From contig NW_020843530.1 in assembly GCF_003704095.1 (NCBI RefSeq), forward strand, positions 1-64,000: a stretch of DNA of 64,000 bases, in the 5' to 3' direction. This stretch comes from Pocillopora damicornis. Lineage: Eukaryota. Below are positions 12,832-24,757 of the stretch, piece after piece. Under the pieces are notes generated by a model. The model did no database searches, was not told the origin of the DNA, and saw only the letters and a list, made by a program, of their open reading frames with translations. The position numbers and the translations under genes were made by a program. Numbering within the stretch: the stretch's first letter is position 1; each line of letters begins with the position of its first letter.

Positions 12832-13715
12832 GCATAGTGTAATATTCCTCCCTAGGTATTGTTATTCATGAGATGGTAATAAGGTATGGAGAATCGCTCT
12901 GGCCGGGAAAGCCCAAGCCAGGCGAAGGGGTGATGGTGAGACGGATCAATCCGACCGGGGGTGGGGTGGGTGGGAAAACGCTTCGATGCGCAGAACACAG
13001 CCCAAGGCCTCAAGTGAAGTGACAAGGAGTGATACAAAACAATCTATTATATCCAAAATCCCTAGGGACTAATTACCAATGCTAATTGAGTTAGCATAGT
13101 GTAATATTCCTCCCTAGGTATTGCTATTCATGAGATGGTAATAAGGTATGGAGAATCGCTCTGGCCTTCCCAAGCCTACACCCACACTCATATGAAATGA
13201 ACAATCACACACCCTAAGAAAAGAAACACAAAGAACTCTTTAATCCTCTTTCCAATCCTTAATACATACTATATCTAATCATTAACAATAACCTATACTA
13301 TAATAGTTCAAAACTTCAATAAAATAAATTCATGAAAAAGCTTGGGAGAATCCCACAAGATGATCCTGATGTTTGTAGTCCTGCCCCGCTTGTAAAGGGA
13401 GATCTGCTAGTTTAGCCGCCGCGCCTGCTGGATTCACTACTTGCTTAAGTTTGATATAGTGAAGCGCCGTCTTACTAGATTTCCAGCCAATGTGGTCCAT
13501 GATTTCACTGAGACTTACGCTTCGCAATGCTAAAGATACAGCCGCCCCACTGCGAAACCCATGAACTGTTAAATGACTACTAGATAACTTCCCAACTAGC
13601 GCGGAAACATAAAAACTCAATCGCGCTTGAGCCGCCGAAGACTCCAAATGGCTGACACAAGCTCCGCCAGATTTTGAAATAGAGCGAAAAAGGAAACCTG
13701 GCGCAAGGTTAATAC
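12832..13715 (-). mobile_element. 3' end of a tyrosine-recombinase (DIRS-order, PAT/Ngaro-type) retrotransposon
   Basis: ORF 13330-13647 carries the YR C-terminal motifs HGFRSGAA and IMDHIGWKSSKTALHY; 73-bp direct repeats at 12832-12904 and 13094-13166 with 1 mismatch. Cut off by the gap at 13716. Confidence 0.85.
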
Positions 13716-13815
13716 NNNNNNNNNNNNNNNNNNNNNNNNNNNNNNNNNNNNNNNNNNNNNNNNNNNNNNNNNNNNNNNNNNNNNNNNNNNNNNNNNNNNN
13801 NNNNNNNNNNNNNNN

Positions 13816-14170
13816 AAAAAAACTTCCTACACGGCCCCACAGGGGACGAAAACTTTAACGGCCTCGCAGGCTAAGGAAAACTTTCTGCACAGCCCTGCAG
13901 GCAAAGAAACTTTCACGGCCACGCAGACAAAGAAAACTTTCACGGCCCCGAAGGCAAAGAAAACTTTCACAGCCCTGCAGGCAAAGAAAACTTTCACAGC
14001 TCCGCAGGCAAAGAAAACTCTCACGGCCTCGCAGGCAAAGAAAAAAACTTTCACGGCCCCGCAGGCAAAGAAAACTTTCACGGCCTCGCAGGCAAGTAAC
14101 TTTAACGGCCCCGCAGGCAAAGAAAAAAACTTTCACGGCCCCGCAGGCCTGACACAATTTCACAGCTCGG
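13816..14170 (+). repeat. Minisatellite, ~27-30-bp unit gcaggcaaagaaaactttcacggcccc, ~12 copies
   Basis: Directly visible; explains the repetitive ORFs 13827-14120 and 13855-14262. Confidence 0.9.
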
Positions 14171-14705
14171 AGCGGTGTAATGGATTCTGACGAACAGCTC
14201 AAACACTCAATACTCGGGGTATCTATCGACGAGAAATCATGTAGCATCACACCTGACATCAAAGTTGAGTTGTTGAGACCCTAGCTAATATTCGGCCTGG
14301 AAAGCTATCTCTTTGATTCTACGCCTGAGGTGTGTTCAATTTTCATTCTTGTGAATATTTCTCTGAATTTTGCGTTGAAATATTGACTTAGGTAACACAT
14401 ATCCTGATCTCTTCATTCCAGCGAATTATCGCATTCTGACAATATGGAACTGCCAGAACCTACTTAATTGCGGAAGGATTTAGAGTGAGCTGGATGGGAA
14501 ACCCTCTTATTCCAAGTGTGCACTTCATATCATCATCCCAATATTTTCTGCCTGATCCTGAGACGCTCGATTGAGCTCCATTTGATCGATTGAAGTAAAC
14601 TTCAGCTATTAAGGAATTCAGAATGTTGTAACTTAAAAGAAAAACACGTTTTTGTTGTTTTTATGATGAAAATGTTTGTGTTGACAATTATTGCAAATTC
14701 AAATG

Positions 14706-14939
14706 ATTAGAAAGTTCGCTTCAAAGAACCTCTCGTGAACTCATGGTTACCGCATAACTTAGATCCTTTGGGAGAAAACTCTGTATTTAATGCGCATGAC
14801 AAATGATCCGCAAAGAAGAAAATTATTCACAATGGATGCCGTCTACGCCATAAAACGCCAAGGCCATACCCATAACAGCTTTGACGGCCAGGGAATCACA
14901 GAAACTTCAAGGAACTGATTGACGGCTTCTTTAGGAACC
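14706..14939 (+). pseudogene. Histone H4 relic 1 with degenerate 3' stem-loop
   Basis: ENSVFNAH..AKKKII(fs)TMDAVYAIKRQGHTHNSFDG versus H4 [56 protein letters not shown] at 14924-14939 followed by ACC. Confidence 0.65.
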
Positions 14940-15034
14940 ACCAATATTTTGCAACAACAACGATAGTGAAACCTTAATGGTGTTTATACATGTGAAATAA
15001 GGCGAAGGGCGATTTTATTTTTTTTTTAAACCAC

Positions 15035-15156
15035 AAACGGAAGACCGTTACCGCAGTGGATACGCCTTTAAACGGCAAGGCTGTACCCTTTACGGCTCTG
15101 GCGTCTACAGATTTACAGAAAACTTAAAGAACTGATTAACGGCTCTTATAGGAGCC
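15035..15156 (+). pseudogene. Histone H4 relic 2 (C-terminus only) with 3' stem-loop
   Basis: KRKTVTAV(D, small deletion)YAFKRQGCTLYGSG matches the H4 C-terminus; 16-nt stem-loop GGCTCTTATAGGAGCC at 15141-15156. Confidence 0.8.
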
Positions 15157-15369
15157 ATCGCATTTGGCAAAAGTCGTGATAAGCAACAATGATAGTGAAA
15201 ACTTCAAGTCTAATGGTGTTTATACCCGTAAAAGAAGTCGACAAGAGATTTATCTTGTTTTGAAACAACACGCATTTGTACTGTTTTCAAGACTGATTAG
15301 TCCTAATCTTTATGTTAGCGCTGATGCCAAATGTTTTAAGTCGTTTGTCTCAAAATGAACTCTATCTGG

Positions 15370-16150
15370 AAACCAAATTGGCTAAATTGGTCAACCTGGT
15401 AAAAACAGCCAAACTAACCGAACAGTGAAACACGAGAAAACGCACAAACTAGCTCGAAGCAATTAAAGCGGGCGAAATGCTTAAATTGGACAAAATGCAC
15501 ACTCTAACTAAACTTATTAAACTTTTTAAAACTGTCAAAATAGCAAAATTGCTAGAGGAACAAGAGAAAACGCACAAACTAGCTGAATTGGCTAAATTGG
15601 CAAAATTAGTCAAACTAGCCGAAACTGTGAAGGTGGAGAAAACGCACAAAGTAGCCTAAAACAGTTAAAAAGAGAAAATAGTTAATTGAGCTGGACAAAA
15701 TGCGCAAAAGAGCTAAATTGGTTAAAGTAGTAAAAACAGTCAAATTAGCTGAAATAGTTAAACTTGACAAAATGCATATACTAATTAGATTGCCTTAACT
15801 TTTTAAAACTCTCAAACTAAAAGAAATGCTCTTACGGCAGAAAACTTGCAAACTAGCTGAATTGGTTAAATTGGTAGAAACAGTCAATGAGCTAATAACT
15901 TCTAGTGACCCAATTGCCTCAAATGACCGAGTTGTCTAAAATGACCGAGTTGTCTAAAATGACCGAGTTGTCTCAAATGACCGAGTTGTCTCAAATGACT
16001 CAATCTGTTCTAGTGGTCTAACTTAATCAAATGAGCTAATCAGTTCGAGTAAGACTCAACCAGTTTAGATGACCCAATCAGTTCGGTGACTCAACTACTT
16101 CAAATGACCCAACCGGCTCAAATGACTGAATTTCCTCTAATTACCCAATT
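15370..16150 (+). repeat. Low-complexity degenerate tandem repeats (aaactagctgaattggctaaattgg-type, then aaatgaccgagttgtct-type)
   Basis: Visible short periodicity; near-perfect aaatgaccgagttgtct(a/c) copies at ~15920-16000. Confidence 0.8.
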
Positions 16151-16214
16151 GGTTCCAATTGCTCCTCTTCGACCACCTCCCAGCTCGCTGGCGGCAGAGA
16201 TACCTCATTTTTTG

Positions 16215-16935
16215 AAGAGCCGAGTCTCTTCTCACTCAAGCCAACTGGTCTTGAATGAGTGGTTGAACTCTTTGCGTAAACTGCCTTTTCTTGGCAATAG
16301 ATTGCATCAACAGGTTTCTTTCCTGTCAATTCTGTTTCTTCACGGCTTAAAGTTAATACAACTTCTGGAAGCCTCTTCACCCATTCTCTCGATCTCTCTG
16401 AAGATTTGAAGTTCAACTCCTGACTGTATTGGAAAGTGAACAGGCTCTCACCTAAAGTTCGATTGAATCGCTCAACTATTCCCTAATCCCTGTGAAGGTT
16501 TTCTTTCCCTCTTCTTAGTCTCACACCATGCTTTGCATCTCTTTGGTTACCTCACCCGTGAACTCACCCCCAGGATCAACCTGAAGAGCTTTTGGTCATC
16601 TCAATAATCCTCTCTTATAAATTGTCTGAAAAGCTCTTCAGAACTCAGAAAAAGTTTTTGAGGTGAGAGGTTCAGCAGCCTTGAATCTGCTCCAAACATC
16701 AACAACTGTCAATGTATACTTCCTCTCGGGAGTGTGTCATAGGAAAGGATAAGAAGATCAGCTTAATGAGGTGTATTTGGTCTTAGGATATGCTTCAGGG
16801 CAGGTAAATAAGTCTGCCAGATGGCTTGCATTATCCGCCGAAGCTTAGCAACATCTTCAGACAAACCAGCTTCTTTAACCAACTTCTTAACTGCTGCCAA
16901 TACCTTTCAAAATCCTTTCGGGCTATAATAATCTC
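16215..16935 (-). mobile_element. Decayed DDE (rve) integrase, Polinton/Maverick-type
   Basis: Minus strand YYSPKGF*..AVKKLVKEAG..QAIWQTYLP..H*ADLLIL..KYTLTVVDVWSRFKAAEPL..*PKALQVDPGGEF..HRD*GIVERFNRTLGE..WVKRLPEVV: all three DDE motifs present with several stops. The YYxP..QxxWQxxLP N-terminus fits Polinton rather than LTR integrases. Confidence 0.75.
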
Positions 16936-17804
16936 TTGAAAGTTTTCTTTCCATTTTCTAACGTGTTCAGCAGTGTTCCGATGCATAACCTGGATTTGAG
17001 AACCTGTGATAAGGGAAAATTTGCCAATCTTCTCTTATGTAATAAAGTGAAAAGACGAGTACATAGAGACACTCGAGATTATTTTTACGTTTGGTATAAA
17101 ATAGGAAAAAGGAACGAATCATCGAAAAAAGGGTAATCTGACCTGCCAATAAGTAGAAAAAAGCATTCGATGCTGTCTTGAATGCATAGATCGGTATACA
17201 TAGACATTCCAGATTATTTAAAAGCTCTGTTTAAAATGAAGAAAAGGAAGAAATTGTCTAAAGAAAATTTGAAAAGGAAATCAAACAAAACAACGGCAAG
17301 TTCCCCGGACAGGATTTGAATCCTGACTTACTTTAGAAATAAAGCGGCTACATGTGTCTCTTTGCCTGATCGTGTTTTGAGTAGGAAAGATAGGAGAGTG
17401 TGTCTAAGTGAAACGCTTTTTTATCTGCAGTCTTCAGGTAGCTTGTGGCTCAGATTGTGACAAAATATATTCAAGAACAGCTAAAAAATGAAAAAGAATA
17501 AAACATCACCTGACCTGTCTGACAACAGAAGAGATGTTTATGACAATGTCGAAGATCAGAATTTAGTATAACGTAAACAAAAAAGTGACAAGAGTTAGTA
17601 TAACGTAACTTAACGATGTATCCTAACGAATATGTGAATATTAAAATTGGATGGGCAATTGACAGCTCCACTGGTGAAAGCAAAATACTGGGATTAATAT
17701 ATGACGCCGATTTCTGAAAGCTAGCTAAAATCTTTGCTGAAGCTTTATAACAAACCCTTGAGCAGTGAGATCAATTTGATGCTAAGGTTGGCGTCTTTGT
17801 GTCT

Positions 17805-18720
17805 ATGATGCCGGACGATTTGAAATCACGAGGTCTCAGTTTGATCGTTGTAGAAGTCAGTTTGCTCATAACCTTAAATATTTTGTCTCTTATTGGAACC
17901 ACCTTGGTTTGTATTTCGATTTGCAAGAATAATCGACTTCGAACGACAACAAACTTCTTCATTATGGTTTTGGCCGTGAGCAATTTGCTCTCTGCTGTGT
18001 TTGTGATGCCCATAAGCGCGAGTGTATTGATAGCAGGGAAACTGGATCTTCGGCAGAACGCTTTGCCAACTTTACGCCCTCTTCAGCCTCTTTGTTATCT
18101 ACGTTTCTCCTGTAACCATGGGCTTAAAAGCTGTAAATCGTTATGTGAGGATATGCAAGTCGGATCAGCAGTACAGGAGACTGTTTTCAGCGAGAAAGTC
18201 GCGCGCTATGATTGCCTCCGTGTGGAGTTTCATTGCATGTTACACGGCGGTTCCTCGATTGTTTGGTCTTCAAGCGTACGAATTGTCTCTGGTTACGCTC
18301 AGCGCTCTATCGTACACCTCAGCGAAACCGGCAAATTTATTCATTACGGCATCGCTATTACGTTGCTCTTTTTGACGCCGTTAGTAGCAACTACACAAAA
18401 AGTCGCGAAGATGATCCGACAGCACAATGTGTTTGCAATTACAACGATTCAAAGACGAGAAAGCGCTCGGGAAAGAAGTCGTAAATGGCGAAAAAGCAAG
18501 GGTATCGCCAATCATGAAATCAAACTCAGCAAGTCTCTACTGATCAGTAGTCGTCTTCGCCTTCATGATCTGCTGGGTACCGTTTTGGATGATCGTCATT
18601 CTCCGTCGCTTTTCGTCCTCTCCTCGAAACGTTGAGCTCTTTTTTATGTTTCTCCTTTATTCGTCGAATGCAGTCAACCCTTTCATTTATGCTGGGATGA
18701 GTCCTGCATTCCTCTGTAAA
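17805..18720 (+). pseudogene. Intronless rhodopsin-class GPCR pseudogene (melatonin-receptor-like)
   Basis: TM1-2 (LRTTTNFFIMVLAVSNLL), TM3 (MGLKAVNRYVRIC), TM6 (FMICWVP) and TM7 (NAVNPFIY) are split over several frames; about three frameshifts (~18040, ~18283, ~18545). Confidence 0.85.
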
Positions 18721-19502
18721 CACTGGCATGAAGTTCACGTAGCTTATAACAGAAGAGGAATGAGCGAGGATGCAGCTGAGACTCCAAACATGGAGTTTTT
18801 TCAGCGCGTGCGCCGACCGAACTTCCATCATGATACTTCTTTGATCAGTTTTTCTGTCGAAATAAGTGGAATTTGTCGAATAAGGCCGGTATATCTTGGA
18901 CTTGGACCATCCATATCAGAAAGTACCTGTTGTCAGAGGCGAATGATCAACTGGTTAATTTAAAAAGTTGTGGTGGTGTTGATCCTGCTATTCTTCAGTG
19001 GTTATCATCGATAGAATAAAATATGTTTGCACGCATGAATAGAATTAAGAATCAAAGTAAGTGAACGGTAGGTATAGAGAAACATTTTCGAGCAATTTAG
19101 GCTAAATCGGTAGTGGTCAGAAAATTACAAGATTTGGTATGGATCTGCCATGTTGGCGTCCCTTTAAGGGACACCAACATGGCCGCCGTGGAAGTCGGTT
19201 AAGAAATAAACTAGACAGGCAATCAGCGTTCCTGGTTTTGCTTCAGGATTAATGACTTCAGCACTAGTTATGACTCTCACCAACTTCAAAAAATGTACGC
19301 CCAGATCTCAGCACGACGTATACTGTAGACATCAAAATTACACTTAATGGTATTGTCATAATGTAATATTGTTCACACTATATACAGTAGACTAAATTAC
19401 CACCGGTTCACACATCACGACTTCGTTGACCAATCAGATCAACGACCAGAGTATTCATACCACTTACTGACGTTACACAAATCACTTGACGCTGGCGATG
19501 AC

Positions 19503-19615
19503 ACCGGTATCGCAGAGGTCATGGGTTCAAATCCCGTACGGGCCTGAATTTTTTTCAGGCCCTATTTTCCACTATACATAAGTAGGGTTCATACCTTGAG
19601 GATCGCTTTCATTTG
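19503..19615 (+). repeat. tRNA-derived SINE-like fragment, same family as 12360-12416
   Basis: CCGGTATCGCAGAGGTCATGGGTTCAAATCCCGTACGGGCCTGAATTTTTTTCAGGCC; a related tail remnant lies at ~37620-37780. Confidence 0.75.
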
Positions 19616-20335
19616 TTTCACAATAAATGACGAACTAAATCATTAATTAAACAAAATTAAAAATCGCCACGATTAAAAAGCATTTTCCGGCATAGTATAC
19701 CACTTGGCATAACATTCTCCAAGGAGTTTAGCATCACGAATTGCTTAGGTTTTGTCAGTTTTGCGGAAACAAATTGAAGCGAAGTTTAATTCATATTTTA
19801 TTAGCGAGAGCAGTTGTTTGGAGATCTCGAGCAAGTTTCTGTCTTGTATTTCAATTTTACTTCAGTACAAAGCTAGTATGCTAGAGCAGCCGGGGATGTA
19901 GTATTGTCTTGTTTATCGGCTCAACACGCCACCTTATGAAATGGGTCGACTTACTGCGGCGAATTAACAGGGCCTAATAACAAGACCAATAGGTGAACAC
20001 GCCTGACAAATGTCAATACGAAGGGAAGTACACGGGGATTAAACTAATTTAATATTTAACCGATGTGGAAGTGCATATCAGGGGTTATTAACCTATGCTC
20101 ATGTGACCAACTGTTAGACAAATTACTTTGATTGCCAGACCCTTTTATAGAACGCTGAAATAAATTTAACTTGCATGAGCTGGTTGGAATTTAGGAGGCT
20201 TTGGTAACTTTGTCCAGTAATCTGAATTGGTGCTCCAATATTGTTTTGCAATAACTGCTCATAAGTCCTTTTCGCTCCTCGTAGGGGTTTAAATCCAGCA
20301 GTCATATAACTGTGGGTCTTCTGTGACCAGATATT

Positions 20336-20337
<2 letters not shown>

Positions 20338-20378
<41 letters not shown>
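20338..20378 (+). repeat. (AAT)n microsatellite
   Basis: Directly visible. Confidence 0.95.
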
Positions 20379-20490
20379 GTGACACGTTATTTTCTTTAAT
20401 AGTATAAGAATGTAATGGATACAGTATCAAGATTTTTATGCTCTATCATAAATATATTATTATGATGGTGATGATGATGATGATGATGAT

Positions 20491-20848
20491 GCCCAAGTTT
20501 CTCACTGGCAGATCAACTAGGCGGAGTACAACCAATGCCTTAAGCCTAGCATATCAGGAATCTTCTCAAGATATATGCAAAAGTCAGGACTGTTTTTTTT
20601 TGCAGGCTGTTACGGCGTCAATCAGTCTCAATGCCTAGATCTTTAAGGGCCTTTTCAAGGTTGTTTTTGATGCATCCCAGCGATCCAACGATGATTGGGA
20701 TAATCATTGTCCGCTTATGCCACAATCGAGCGAGTTTTAAGTCTAGATCGTTATAATTGACAACCTTCTCATTGCATTTGCTGTCAATATTGGCGTCCTA
20801 AGACACTGCTACATCAATGATCTTTGTGATTATCCACTTTGTCGACAT
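20491..20848 (-). mobile_element. 3' fragment of an RLE-type non-LTR retrotransposon (R4/Dong-like)
   Basis: Minus strand IIDVAVS*DANIDSKCNEKVVNYNDLDLKLARLWHKRTMIIPIIVGSLGCIKNNLEKALKDLGI..LQKK..AYILRRFL matches the C-terminus of the restriction-like endonuclease domain. Not in the ORF track. Confidence 0.75.
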
Positions 20849-21597
20849 CATTATCATTATCGTTATTATTATTCCGCATGAGTTTTTTTAAGTCAGCTTC
20901 CTATTTTACTGGTGGAGGTGATGGAACAAGGTCACCAGGTTCGTGACTGTTCAACATGTGGACGATCGTATAACTCTGCCGCGGCATTGAGCACTTTTCG
21001 AGTGAGTCTCGTAAGACCAAAACCATAGTAATTACTCTGAGTCGCGGTTGGTTTTAGTTTTGTTTCTCATTGGTTAAGAGACTGTCGCGAGTTTAACCAT
21101 CCCATCACAGAACGAAATAAAGCAGGACCAAAGCGAACGAGAGTTACTTTCGAGGACAACCCGCTGAAAACTGTTCTAACAATCTAGGGAATTGACATGC
21201 AGTTCAGAATAGCAGGGGTGCAATTCTCTGAGGGAAATAAAAGCAATATTTCATAATTTAAGCGGCTTCAAATTTTAGTGCCATTAATTTTCAGCAAGTC
21301 AAGTATGTTCTGAATAAACGATTTTACAAAAATGTTGTTTCAACAAAATATTCATTGACCGATGATTTCAAGCTAATTGGCAAAAATGAGCTTAGTTCCA
21401 TACCATTTTGTTCATTAGAGAAAAAGAAATAAAAGCTAGAAGAAGTTTTATCTGCATCGTTGATACCACAAATGTCGCAAGTAAAGAGATTTAGACCCTG
21501 ATGGAGTGTAAGTCTGAATTGTTGATGTCAGTTATTCGTAAACACGAAGAAGACGCCGACCACTGGACTATAACGAACTTATTATAATCAAACGTGA

Positions 21598-22425
21598 TAC
21601 AATACAATACAATAAGAGTTTATTGTGAAAATACACTTAGCTACAATAATGGCGTGCTTTCACAAACGGAACCGAAATCGGGGTCTGTGAAAGCACGCCA
21701 GCTAATTTGCAGGTATTCCACAAACACAATAAAGTTAAGAGTTTTAAAAAAAAAAAAACTAGATATGGAATATTCTATAATTTAAAATTATGACAATAAA
21801 ATCTTAATAAGTATATCTTATATCTAAATAAATACTAAATTCAATAAAAAAGCGTCGAAATTATAAAAATTGCAGTAGGTCAACTTGGCTAATGGATCTC
21901 TTAAAAGACTTAAAATTCGTTATATTTCTAAACATGTTCGGAATAGAATTCCAGAGTTTCGGACCAATATAACGGACTGAGTTCAAGCCATATGTAGTAG
22001 ACTTTGGCTTGGGTAGCGAGAGGATATAGTCACATCTTAAATTGTAGCTAACGTTCTTCCTATGAACTATCAGGTCTTGCATACTTTTGGGCGCTAAAGA
22101 ATTTTGGACGGCATTAAAAATAGACAGTGTGATTTTAATTAATCTTTGTTGTTTTAAAGATGAGAGGCCTAATGCGTTGAGAAGTTCCGAGTAGCTTGTG
22201 TACTTATCCCTGAAAACAAACCTGGTCGCGCGCTCATTTAACCTTTCCAATTTGTCTGCAGCACTTTTACTACAAAAATTCCAGGTTTCACTGCAATAAT
22301 TGAAGTGAGGAAGGATAAATGCTAAATATAGGTCGCGCCTTGTTTCGAAGGAAAGCATTTTCTTCATTCTTTTAAGAACAGCTATTTGCTGTGAAACTTT
22401 CCTACATATTTTAGCAACGTGATGA
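21598..22425 (-). mobile_element. 5'-truncated CR1/L2 LINE 3' end
   Basis: ORF 21861-22433 (LYLAFILPHFNYCSETW..LERLNERA..GPKLWNSIP) is homologous to the LINE B C-terminus; minus-strand AATAAA plus (TATTG)n tail near 21600-21625. Confidence 0.85.
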
Positions 22426-24757
22426 TAATACACTTAAAAGGCTCCTTCATTAAAATTGGCCTCGAACTGACGGATTAAATTATAACTTAGCGAAGCGTGG
22501 AAATAAACGGTAGAAAAAAGGACAGCGTCCTAGCCGTTTCGCTCGACAAGCTATGAGTAATTGGGAAACTAAAGCTAATAATGCCCTAAGCCAACAGTTG
22601 ATGAATTTAAGATCAGTTTCCTTTAGCAGAAACTTTGAAGGCATTGGAGATTGTTGAAGTACCTTCCAAACGCCAAGTCGGGATAAGCCTGGCGCCCTAC
22701 ATATTCCGCGCCAATGATTTCGTAAACATGAAGAAGACGCCAACCACCAAACCGTAACAAATTTGTCATTATAATCAAACGTAAAACAAATGCACTTAAA
22801 AGTGTCTTTCATTAAAATCGCCTCAAACTGTCGGATGCCGAATTTAAGATCAGCCTCCTTTTGCAGAAACTTTGAAGGCATTGTAGTACCTTCTAAACAT
22901 CATTTGTTTTAGTGCGGTGAGGAAAAAGGAGGAATTAGTTCGGATTGGCTCGTGGCATGGCTTGCGGAATGCAATGGGCTCTTTGCATGACTTGATCACG
23001 TGATCAACTTTCGGTAAACACGAAAACAGTTCGCTTTTAAAACGTTTTGTTAACACAAGCTAAAAGAGCATATTAAAATTAGGTAAACTGAGAATTTTTC
23101 AGCTGCATATCTCAAAAGTAGTGATTGCAACGGCCGCCGAAAGTTAGAAGCATTCGTTTGAGAAAAACAACTTTTGTCACCCAGTTACGCTGACATGGTT
23201 TTCCATACAAATCCTTGTAATTTTGAAATTTTCAAAACTGTCATTAAATGTTTCCTTAAGCATTACAGGGCTCAATCTCCATTTGATGTAAAATTGGCAA
23301 TTTGCCATGCTACACTATAAATAAAATGTAAAGTGGCGTACAAATTAACGGAAGAAAAAGGACGGCGTCCAAGCCGTTCCGCTTCACGAGATAAGCCTTG
23401 CGCGCTACATATTTCGCGCCAGTGATTTTGTTTCAGTTATTCTGAAGACTTCAGCTTCGAGGGCCAGCTCTAGGACGAAATCTTAGGAACACTAAACGGT
23501 GAGTTTTACTGCATGTTCTGGATGCAAAACAGAAATTTATAGACTAACGATCCAAGTAATCGGCGTTATGCTTTGGTGCGGCGACAATATTTATTGCTTA
23601 GTTTGAAGCTCACAACTGTCAACTGAGCTCAGCAGCCGTACATGTGCCAGATAAAAGACAGGCTTCGTATACGAGGGAAATAAAAGCAATATTTCATAAT
23701 TTAAGGTGCAAGTAATTTTCAGCTAGTCAAGTATGTTCTGAATAAACGATTTTACAATAATGTTGTTTCAACAAAACAATTGTGGACAGATGATTGGCAA
23801 AACTGCGCTTATTTCCATACCATTTCACTCAGTGAGAGAAAAAGAATTGAAAGAAAATAGAAAGGATGCGGACGAAGGGGATACAAATTTCATCGGCATC
23901 GCTGATACCAAAAATGTCGCAAGTAAAAAGATTTAAACTCTGATGTAGTGTTAGCTTGAATTGTTGATACCCTGAAATTCGTAAACATGAAGGAGTCGCC
24001 AACCACCAGACTGTAACGAACTTGTTATCATAATCAAACGTAACGAGAACGGTAACTAGCTTGCGATTATTCACGCTCTAGGATGGCAGACGCGATTAAT
24101 AATCCAAGCTAATTAGAACTGTTGAAAAGGCGCGCGTTTCAGTTGAATCAATTTCTCGAGCATTCTGCATATATCCCATGCCACATAATGATGCCATTCT
24201 GCAAGTCATGCCAATTGCCATTTCACAAACTCATTTCGTCTTATACCCTCACTAGTCGTACCTAGAGGTTAACAAGCCCTAAAGCCTTCAAATTTATTAA
24301 ACAGAGCCATATATAATATTGTTTATGAATGGTTTTACCCTCCCAAACAAATTACTCTCCCTTGCTCTAGAGTTAAAGTTTTTAAATGCAGTTTTATACA
24401 GTTTAAGTGACATACGCTGGTTCTTTTCGTCAAAGCTGTTCGCCACGGCTAAGCATCCTTTTTGTTGAGTTCTCACTTTTTAAAGTGTCACATTCGTCTG
24501 AGCACAATCACAAGCTGTATTGCTCTGCTGGCAAGTATTATAGACGCTAAGCCACCGAGCGTAAATGTATCTGTTTATTTCACAAAAGCTTCTGGTTTCG
24601 CATATTTTCTACTTTCAGTTCTAACTCTTAAAATGGATATTTCCTATTTTAAACAAAACTTAACCATTAAGTTTCGGGCTTTCCTTTCTTTCAGCTTTGT
24701 TTTAATGACATTAAAAACAACCCTTACTGTGTTTATTCTTTAGAAACGAGTTCAACC

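Noticed and set aside
13827-14262. Repetitive Cys/Phe-rich ORFs
   Set aside because: They are translations of the 27-30-bp minisatellite.
14400-14600. Possible P450 remnant (YLIAEGFRV as ExxR; IIIPIFS; PDPETLD)
   Set aside because: Only short motif-like matches in shifting frames and no heme-binding Cys motif; not supportable without a search.
15449-16409. ORFs such as KLAELAKLAKLVKL and MTQLLQMTQ
   Set aside because: They arise from low-complexity tandem repeats or are antisense to the integrase remnant.
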